Below are positions 27,217 through 33,759 of a DNA stretch of 64,000 nt, piece by piece. How positions within the stretch are numbered: position 1 is the stretch's first letter; every line of letters starts with the position of its first letter. This DNA is from a virus (Duplodnaviria; Heunggongvirae; Uroviricota; Caudoviricetes), in the IMG/VR virus record IMGVR_UViG_3300033463_000016, positions 61,995 to 125,994 of that record. The stretch is one strand, 5' to 3'. A program made the position numbers and the translations under genes. The notes under the pieces were generated by a model. That model did no database searches. It was given only the letters and a program-made list of their open reading frames with translations, and was not told the DNA's origin.

Positions 27217-27315
27217 AAGGCTCGTTATGACACTGCCTGATGCTCTCCCTGCTGAGCTACAATCGCCATACGGCGAACGATAGGACTCGAACCTATGACT
27301 CTCTGGTTTTCATAT
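27217..27315 (-). ncRNA. CAGCAAT-box tRNA-like RNA, copy g
   Basis: 5' AAGGCTC TAACAGCAATTTTATATG ... ATAGGTTCGAGTCCTAT ... GGCGATTGTAGCTCAGCAGGGAGAGCA ... GAGCCTT 3'; closing stem AAGGCTC/GAGCCTT. Confidence 0.5.
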
Positions 27316-27385
27316 AAAATTGCTGTTAGAGCCTTATTTTCAACAATAAAATTGGTATTTGATTGTCATTTCATTTTCAAAAATC

Positions 27386-27491
27386 AAGACACTTTCGCGT
27401 ACCCATTAGGGTTTGAGGGACTCGAACCCTCTGAAATTAACTTTCCATAGTTGATTTGTTATCCATATCGTAAAATTGCTGTAAGTGCCTT
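27386..27491 (-). ncRNA. CAGCAAT-box tRNA-like RNA, copy h
   Basis: Begins 3 nt after tRNA-Lys CCA: 5' AAGGCAC TTACAGCAATTTTACG ... GAGGGTTCGAGTCCCTC ... GTGTCTT 3'. Confidence 0.5.
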
Positions 27492-27494
27492 ATG

Positions 27495-27569
27495 TGGTGC
27501 GCGTGATGGGAGTCGAACCCAACTAAGCACGATTAAAAGTCGTGTGCATAGCCGCTTTGCTACACGCGC
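27495..27569 (-). tRNA. tRNA-Lys (TTT), CCA encoded
   Basis: Acceptor GCGCGTG/CACGCGC, D-arm GCAA..GCAC, anticodon stem CACGA/TCGTG with loop CTTTTAA, T-loop GGGTTCGACTCCC. Confidence 0.85.
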
Positions 27570-27574
27570 ATATA

Positions 27575-27648
27575 TAGCGAGTACAAGGAGTCGAACCCTG
27601 TTTCCCCACCCGTTTCGGAGTAGCGCAATTCCGATATACTAACTCGCT
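27575..27648 (-). pseudogene. tRNA-like gene without a foldable anticodon arm
   Basis: Acceptor AGCGAGT/ACTCGCT and T-arm CAGGGTTCGACTCCTTG present; no 5-7-5 anticodon stem-loop can be formed; abuts next tRNA. Confidence 0.4.
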
Positions 27649-27722
27649 TGGAGGGTGGTATAGGATTTGAACCTATCCTGAAAGTGCCACAAACTAACGT
27701 GCTACCGCTACACTAACCACCC
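27649..27722 (-). tRNA. Probable tRNA-His (GTG); no genomically encoded G-1; CCA encoded
   Basis: Acceptor GGGTGGT/ACCACCC, D-arm GTGT AGCGGTA GCAC, anticodon loop TTGTGGC with weak 3-bp stem, T-arm ATAGGTTCAAATCCTAT; base preceding +1 is T. Confidence 0.5.
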
Positions 27723-27907
27723 ATTTTATTCTCATTATCTTTTAATAATGTTTCCAAGAATTTAATTTCATTAATTACAAACTTAAAGAAATCATATAAA
27801 CATATCTGTTGTTCTAACATTATTGAATCTTCACAAAACACACAGCATTGTGGTTGTGAATTGGTATAAACAACACGACCACAAGTATTACAAATATATT
27901 TTTTCAT
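27713..27907 (-). CDS. Small zinc-ribbon protein
   Basis: CNTCG...CCVFC pairs; 64 aa. Confidence 0.35.
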   Translation of the reverse strand: MKKYICNTCGRVVYTNSQPQCCVFCEDSIMLEQQICLYDFFKFVINEIKFLETLLKDNENKMGG

Positions 27908-27954
27908 ATAACTTCCAAAGTTTAATCATTCTGTATCTTCCGTTTGTGGCAAGA

Positions 27955-27995
27955 GCGCAAGGAATCGAACCCTGATTGAAATCTAAATCAAATAT
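27955..27995 (-). other. Orphan tRNA 3' fragment (T-arm plus acceptor plus CCA) overlapping the KptA stop
   Basis: CAGGGTTCGATTCCTTG CGCTCTTG CCA with no matching 5' half upstream. Confidence 0.45.
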
Positions 27996-28513
27996 TTTGT
28001 TGGAACCTCAGATGTGAGATATACTCCATTCTCAGATAGAAAAAATTTATATCCATCTTTATACATATCCTGCGCTGCAATTGAGAGAACAACCGGATTT
28101 CCGTGTCTTTTCCCTACCATAATTGCAGTGCTATGATCCTTTGATAAATGCACATAAAGGCGTGACATTGGTTTGATTCCATTTTTATAAATAGAATCTA
28201 AAACATTGGAACTCGTTCCGTGAAAAAGTATTTCAGGAGGGTTGACCTCTTTGAGTTCCACTTCCACATTAACTGAATGACCTTGATTGGCTCGAATCAT
28301 TGTTTTATCATTATTGAACGAATATCTATGTTTGCTGTCAGTGGCAACAATTTCTTCAAGGATAGACATATTTATTTCCGGAAACTTTATCTTTAATCCA
28401 GTAATCAATTCATTCACTTTAGCCCAACCGTGTGAATCAAGTTTAATATTTGCTACTTCCGGCTTGTGCCTTAATACAAGGCTTATAAAAATACTTACTT
28501 TTTTCAAATTCAT
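27983..28513 (-). CDS. kptA: RNA 2'-phosphotransferase (Tpt1/KptA family)
   Basis: SIFISLVLRHKPE, IRANQGHS, LFHGTS, HVHLS and RHGNPVVL family motifs; 176 aa. Confidence 0.8.
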   Translation of the reverse strand: MNLKKVSIFISLVLRHKPEVANIKLDSHGWAKVNELITGLKIKFPEINMSILEEIVATDSKHRYSFNNDKTMIRANQGHSVNVEVELKEVNPPEILFHGTSSNVLDSIYKNGIKPMSRLYVHLSKDHSTAIMVGKRHGNPVVLSIAAQDMYKDGYKFFLSENGVYLTSEVPTKYLI

Positions 28514-28564
28514 AAGTTTTACCTATTCATCGTCCTTATATGGTTTCATACTTCCACAAAATTT

Positions 28565-28807
28565 TCATCCTTGACACTCGATCCAATTCATAAAATACTG
28601 AAAAAACATATCAGAAGTGATTTCCGGCGGTGTTTCGATTATACCATCGAGTTCAGTAAGATTGGTGCGGAACATCGGTAGGAACTTAACACAAGGAGAT
28701 TGATCGCTTGTCCAACACCATTCAGCATTATTCCGGCAATGATTACACTGGTTGGATTGCTTTTTCTTATAATGACTAAATAAACTCATATCAATACTCC
28801 GTATCAC
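28565..28807 (-). CDS. Hypothetical Cys-rich protein
   Basis: 80-aa ORF with CNHC...C...C. Confidence 0.3.
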   Translation of the reverse strand: MIRSIDMSLFSHYKKKQSNQCNHCRNNAEWCWTSDQSPCVKFLPMFRTNLTELDGIIETPPEITSDMFFQYFMNWIECQG

Positions 28808-29111
28808 AATATTCGCATTTATGTCCGTGAAGTGGAGCGCCGCAATTCTTACAATTTGTGGGAGTTATTTTCTTTTGTTTAACCTCATCCATTGTTCTAA
28901 ACAAAAATCCATTATAACCGATGGCAGCATACTTATCTCTTAACATTTGTATTTGTTTACTCTTTGCTTCACATCTAAGTGCTTCAAGTTGAGAATTTCT
29001 CAATTTTAACGCTTCTTCACTTTTCCGAAACATCCGAACAATACTAAATACCGCATACACAACCAAAGAGATAGTTGCCAAAAAGAATAAAATAGTTATT
29101 ACGTTTTGCAT
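28791..29111 (-). CDS. Membrane-anchored protein with C-terminal zinc ribbon
   Basis: Start taken at internal Met (MQNVITILFFLATISLVVYAVF) because upstream ORF portion overlaps tRNA-Trp/Glu; C-terminal CKNCG...CEYC. Confidence 0.4.
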   Translation of the reverse strand: MQNVITILFFLATISLVVYAVFSIVRMFRKSEEALKLRNSQLEALRCEAKSKQIQMLRDKYAAIGYNGFLFRTMDEVKQKKITPTNCKNCGAPLHGHKCEYCDTEY

Positions 29112-29121
29112 TATTCCACCT

Positions 29122-29195
29122 TGGCAGGGCAGCGAGGAATCGAACCCCGATAAGCAGTTTTGGAGGCTGCTGTTCTTCCACTGAACTACTGCCCT
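29122..29195 (-). tRNA. tRNA-Trp (CCA), CCA end encoded
   Basis: Acceptor AGGGCAG/CTGCCCT, D-arm GTTC..GAAC, anticodon loop CTCCAAA, T-loop GGGGTTCGATTCC. Confidence 0.8.
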
Positions 29196-29282
29196 ATGAT
29201 CGGACGGTTTTAGAGTTGCCGCCCACAACTTTGAGATGATAATTTGAAGTTGTTTTATTAAGCTCGAAGAACTATGAGCCTG

Positions 29283-29357
29283 TGGTGACGGGTACGGGAA
29301 TCGAACCCGTGTTACCACCGTGAAAGGGTGATGTCTTAGCCTCTCGACTAACCCGCC
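29283..29357 (-). tRNA. tRNA-Glu (TTC), CCA encoded
   Basis: D-arm GTCGAGAGGCTAAGAC and anticodon region CCTTCACGG closely parallel E. coli tRNA-Glu; T-arm ACGGGTTCGATTCCCGT. Confidence 0.75.
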
Positions 29358-29446
29358 ATAGATTGCCGTCTTTCCGGCTGTCAGTTTGCTGGCACAGACG
29401 GCTTTTCCATACATTTTGTGAATGATGCGTAGAGGAATTACCCTCT

Positions 29447-29935
29447 TGGTGGAGATGGCGGGAATTGAACCCGCGTCCAAAATTCATACTCAAATTAACT
29501 CTTTTTACGCAATAGACCGAATTTCGCCGAACGTCGCTCGGTCAAACGATGGGTAACATTATAACTTGCGATCATATATAATTGAATGTTCGTTATATGA
29601 TGCAAGAGGTCGTCGGAAACCTGGGCTGCAAAGGTATTGCGCAAGTCCACCACTTGCTTTTTAGGAAAGCAAGAAAACCGGTGAGTAAAACTCCACTACC
29701 ACTTGTCTTTAGGCTCAGACAAGAAACCATCATTCAATATTCGTCCGGCAAATTAACCGAATGATAGGTGTTTGCTGGAATCTGGATCAAGCCGCAGCTC
29801 TCTTAGAGAGAACAGCAACAAGAGCCGGATGTAAAGATACAACAGTATTGTCGTTTATTTTTGTTTTGCGCCGTGAGGTGGTCGCCAACCTGCGAAGTTA
29901 ATTCTTTCAAAACCCTGTCGAAGCCTGTCATCCCC
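29447..29935 (-). ncRNA. ssrA: tmRNA (SsrA)
   Basis: 5' GGGGATGACAGGCTTCGACAGGG and 3' GGACGCGGGTTCAATTCCCGCCATCTCCACCA match tmRNA termini; internal tag ORF ending ...KRAAA-TGA. About 489 nt, long for a tmRNA. Confidence 0.8.
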
Positions 29936-29941
29936 ATATAA

Positions 29942-30035
29942 TGGCGGAGCGGGTGGGACTCGAACCCACACGCCGGGAAACCCGACTACTCAGGGATTAG
30001 CAATCCCCTATCTTACCAATTAGGCTTACCGCTCC
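29942..30035 (-). tRNA. tRNA-Ser (GCT), long variable arm, CCA encoded
   Basis: Acceptor GGAGCGG/CCGCTCC, anticodon loop TTGCTAA, extra arm, T-arm GTGGGTTCGAGTCCCAC. Confidence 0.8.
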
Positions 30036-30387
30036 ATATATAGCCCTGATAACCACCAAAACTTGAATAACCTTATTGTGATCGTGTGCTTTTTGTGTAT
30101 CAGAGCTATTACTTTTGTTACCTTGGCTATTATTTCCGCGACGTTGCGCTGACGCCAGGCGGACTTAGGTTGCCATCCTAATCGTTTATACCCAATTCCG
30201 TTGCCAACTCGGAAAGGTTTTAATCAAAGATGCGAATCCCATCTTATCCGTTTGTCTGTATCGGGCTGAACGAATCAAAAAGCCCGCCGCTTCGGTTTAA
30301 GCAGTACCACACGCTATTTTCAGGTAAAGCGCACCCACCCCACCAGTGGTAAACACCAGCGCAAACAAACTATTTTGGCAACAGGCA

Positions 30388-30461
30388 GTTCGACCTTTGG
30401 CTCTCGTGGCGGGATTTGAACCCGCGTAATCCATCCGCCTAATATAGCGCTACTTATTAGG
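30388..30461 (-). ncRNA. D-arm-less tRNA-like RNA (7-bp anticodon-like stem, 10-nt loop), CCA encoded
   Basis: Acceptor TCTCGTG/CACGAGA, stem CCTAATA/TATTAGG with loop AGTAGCGCTA, T-arm GCGGGTTCAAATCCCGC; no D-arm can be formed. Confidence 0.4.
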
Positions 30462-30477
30462 CTCCACGAGAATATAT

Positions 30478-30551
30478 TGGCTGGGCTATCAGGACTCGAA
30501 CCTAAACCAACAGAGTCAAAGTCTGTTGTGCTGCCATTACACCATAGCCCA
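30478..30551 (-). tRNA. tRNA-Gln (TTG), CCA encoded
   Basis: Acceptor TGGGCTA/TAGCCCA, D-arm GTGT..GCAC, anticodon stem ACAGA/TCTGT with loop CTTTGAC, T-loop GGTTCGAGTCC. Confidence 0.8.
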
Positions 30552-30845
30552 TTAAAAATGCGGCTCCGAGATTTAATCGTGTCCGACCGCCTTGTTTATT
30601 CTCGAAACTTAGGGACTAATCCGATTCGCACGGTGACTACACCTATTTATACTCCGTTGCTGACAATCTTTGGAGTTTTAGATCGAGCCATAGGAATTTC
30701 ACCTATGGGAGCAACATCCGGATTTGGTCTGCGCAGCACCGTGCCGGAAAGCCTTTTGTTTAATCCTGTTGGCTTAAACAGTCTTTGTCTAATTGAATTT
30801 GTGTTGCTTTTTCATATTTCATATTTTTAAGAGATTTTCTTTTTG

Positions 30846-30892
30846 GGCGAGATATTGTGGGACTCGAACCCACATCTCCGCTTTACTTATCG
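30846..30892 (-). other. tRNA-like minihelix (acceptor plus T-arm only)
   Basis: GAGAT GTGGGTTCGAGTCCCACA ATATCTC; no D or anticodon arms. Confidence 0.35.
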
Positions 30893-31018
30893 CGGTATTT
30901 TACCTTTAAACTATCACTCTAATCTCTGCCACACTATTACCGCGTTGTACGGGCGCTTATGTAATAGTTTGTACGTTGTGGCATACTCAATATGGATTTA
31001 TACTCACTACTCGACTTA

Positions 31019-31095
31019 TGGAGCGGACAGCAGGATTTGAACCCGTACTCTCAGTTTGGAAAACTGATGTGCTAACCGTTAAACACTATGCCCGC
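31019..31095 (-). tRNA. tRNA-Gly (TCC), CCA encoded
   Basis: Acceptor GCGGGCA/TGTCCGC, D-arm GTGT..GCAC, anticodon stem TCAGT/ACTGA with loop TTTCCAA, T-loop GGGTTCAAATCC. Confidence 0.8.
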
Positions 31096-31166
31096 AGGTT
31101 TGCGGGAAAATCTCTCGACCTTCCCGCGTGAAGAAAGGATGTTTAAAGAATTAATCAGCCAAATAA

Positions 31167-32831
31167 TTAGGAGTTGTCTGTATTATCCGGCAAAGTGGGC
31201 TTTTCAGCCACATCTTCACCTGTCGTTGATACTCCAACAGGAGCATTAACAGTAGTTGCAAGGATTCCCTTTGCAGGATCAAGGACACTCGCCACCAAAT
31301 CCCTTAACTCGGCGTTAAAGGGCTTGCCGTTAAGAGCCTCATTCTCCGCATTGAGAGTTCTCATAAGGCTGGGAATACTCGCCAGAGTATCAACCAAAAC
31401 GTTACCTGAACCACCGGTCTGGCTACCGCCGATGTTGACAAACTCAGCCTTACTACCGACAGAACCCATCAGTTGCGCTGCCTTAGTTGCGACCTGAACT
31501 TTACCTTCGGTTTCGATCTTCAACTTCTCAATTTCAAAGTTGACCTTATCATTTGAAGCACGCGCTTCCGCAAGAGCCTGTTCACCTTCAGCCTGCGCCA
31601 TCAACTTCTGCCTTTCAACTTCCGCCTCGGCAAGACCCTGCTGCTTGATTACTTCCGCCTCGGCAAGACCCATTTGACGGGCAACCTCGGCTTCGGCAAG
31701 ACCCTTTTGACGTACCACATCAGCTTGTGCTTCACCCTTTTTCTTGGTAACTGCCGCATCAGCATCACCTTCGGTTCTGACTCTCTCAGCCTGAGCATTA
31801 GCCTGAATCTTTACAGCGCTGGCTTCATTTTCCGCAACCTTAACCTTTGCTTCCGAACTGATAGTCTGTACGTTAGCATCGGCTTCGGCTTCGATACGCT
31901 TCTTCTTCTTTTCTGACTCCGCTCTTGTGGCGATAACCTCCTGCTCCTTTTGAGCCGCCATATTAGCCTGTTCCTGCCTTACAACTTCAACACGACCTTC
32001 CTGCTGTGCGATTTCCTGCGCACGAATGGTCTTTTGCAGTTGTCCGGCAACAGCAGCGTCAGCATCAGCCTTGTCGGTTTCAGCTTTGTACTCAGCCATC
32101 TTTAACCTGTTATCTCTCGTCTTTTCAGCGATAGCAAGTTCGGACTGCAACTCGTTCTGAGATGCTTCCCTCTCGGACTCCGCGTTTTGGGTACGAATAG
32201 CCTGATCGACCTTTGCTTTCTTACTCTCGGCTTCACGGCGCTTATCCTGCATATCCAACTCAGCGATATTGTTGTAATAGCCATTGTTATCGTTAATATC
32301 CTGGATGTTCAGAGATACAAGCTCCATACCCATATTGAGCATTTCGTCTTTAATCAGGTCTTTGACTTTTGAAGCGAAGATCGCCTTTTCCTTCAGAACA
32401 CCTTCGGGAGTCATTGCCGCAACTACATCACGGACGCCACCCATAAGTGTCATTCTGGTGTCTGAAATAATCGCTTCCTTACCTCGCTCCTTAAATGAAA
32501 TGATCGCCTTCAGCAAATTGTCCATACTGCTAATATCCGGACGAATCTGTGCTGTCCAATTGATTTCAATGGGTACGGATGTCGAGGTCATAATCTCGTC
32601 GTTACTTGCGGTAACGGTCAGCATAGACAGATCGAAGTAATCATACTTGCGAAATACAGGGATTACGAAAGCACCACCTGAAATCTTGATTAGAGGTTTC
32701 TTACCCCCGGTCACGATCAGCGCCTTGTCAACGTCCGCAACCTTATACATCGTCTTAAATACGATTAGGAATAAAAGGATGGCAAAAACCACAACGCCAA
32801 CCGGAATTAGGATAGGCAAAAACTGTTCCAT
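31167..32831 (-). CDS. SPFH/band-7 flotillin-like protein with long EA-repeat coiled coil
   Basis: N-terminal TM, SPFH-like region, then about 300 aa of QxxAEAE / LAEAEV repeats typical of flotillin/YqiK; 554 aa. Confidence 0.7.
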   Translation of the reverse strand: MEQFLPILIPVGVVVFAILLFLIVFKTMYKVADVDKALIVTGGKKPLIKISGGAFVIPVFRKYDYFDLSMLTVTASNDEIMTSTSVPIEINWTAQIRPDISSMDNLLKAIISFKERGKEAIISDTRMTLMGGVRDVVAAMTPEGVLKEKAIFASKVKDLIKDEMLNMGMELVSLNIQDINDNNGYYNNIAELDMQDKRREAESKKAKVDQAIRTQNAESEREASQNELQSELAIAEKTRDNRLKMAEYKAETDKADADAAVAGQLQKTIRAQEIAQQEGRVEVVRQEQANMAAQKEQEVIATRAESEKKKKRIEAEADANVQTISSEAKVKVAENEASAVKIQANAQAERVRTEGDADAAVTKKKGEAQADVVRQKGLAEAEVARQMGLAEAEVIKQQGLAEAEVERQKLMAQAEGEQALAEARASNDKVNFEIEKLKIETEGKVQVATKAAQLMGSVGSKAEFVNIGGSQTGGSGNVLVDTLASIPSLMRTLNAENEALNGKPFNAELRDLVASVLDPAKGILATTVNAPVGVSTTGEDVAEKPTLPDNTDNS

Positions 32832-32913
32832 TCAAATTCTCCTTTATTTTGTTTTATTTCTTGAATAGAAAATATTTTTAACCGCTCATTCGCGGCTCTT
32901 AACTACATTTATA

Positions 32914-32966
32914 ATTGTAACAGATTGCTTTTCAAATGTCAATACATTTTGCTCTATTTCTTGAAT
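32914..32966 (-). promoter_or_regulatory. Sigma70-type promoter (TTGACA-17-TACAAT) plus AAGAAATAGAGCAAAA box; second box copy at 32848-32870 abuts the RBS
   Basis: -35 at 32937-32942, -10 at 32914-32919; leader hairpin CCGCGAATGAGCGG. Confidence 0.65.
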
Positions 32967-32970
32967 TATT

Positions 32971-33759
32971 TTAGAATACATTGTGAAATCTAAAAGAAGG
33001 CATAGGCGCCATTTTGAATTGGTTTTTCTTATGTAAAAAGTCTATCTTCTTTTGCACCGCAGGATCATCACAAATACCGGTTCGGATATACTTATCCAGT
33101 ACGGCATACGTGAATCCAAGGTTTTCCTCATCAGTCTTTCCACACAACCCATCTGTTGGTGCTTTTTCCATTAGATGTTCCTGTAATCCGAGAGCATACC
33201 CAATCTCGATAACTTCACTTTTTGTAAAATCTGCAATCGGAGCGAAATCGCCAACAGAGTCACCGTATCTGGTTGAATAGCCAATATAATCTTCCGAGAA
33301 ATTGCAGGTATTCGCAACTCGACCATTCTTGCTCTGAGATACGGCGTATAACATCGCCATTCTGATTCTTGCCGGTAGGTTAGTTCTTGTCTGCTCGGAA
33401 ATATCCATATGTGCGCTTTCCATAGCATTATACACACTATCGACGGCAGCACCAATATTCACCTTGTATTGACGGATTCGCAGTGAGTTCACCACAGTAT
33501 GAGCATAATCAATATCATCTTGAACGTGGTTAGGCATCAGAACACCGATAACTCTACTTTCACCGAGAGCCTTTGTACAAAGAGCCGCAACAACCGTACT
33601 ATCAATTCCACCGGAAATTCCGACGATAGCATTGTTGCCGTTTCCGTTCTTTTCAAACCAGCCTTTTATCCAGTCTATACACTTTGCGGCGGCAAAATGT
33701 CCAAATCCATATCTCTCCATACTAAAACTCTCCATTGTGAAGTTTATTACGAATATCAC
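32971..33759 (-). CDS. nadE: NH3-dependent NAD+ synthetase
   Basis: PP-loop IVGISGGIDSTVVAALC; 262 aa. Confidence 0.85.
   Translation of the reverse strand: MIFVINFTMESFSMERYGFGHFAAAKCIDWIKGWFEKNGNGNNAIVGISGGIDSTVVAALCTKALGESRVIGVLMPNHVQDDIDYAHTVVNSLRIRQYKVNIGAAVDSVYNAMESAHMDISEQTRTNLPARIRMAMLYAVSQSKNGRVANTCNFSEDYIGYSTRYGDSVGDFAPIADFTKSEVIEIGYALGLQEHLMEKAPTDGLCGKTDEENLGFTYAVLDKYIRTGICDDPAVQKKIDFLHKKNQFKMAPMPSFRFHNVF

Noticed and set aside
30040-30387. RNase P RNA in the ORF-free gap after tRNA-Ser
   Set aside because: Only a loose P10-P12-like stretch (GGTAAAGCGCACC...GGTAAAC); the invariant P4 strands (AGGAAAGTCCGGGC / ACAGAAnCCGGCTTA) are absent on both strands.
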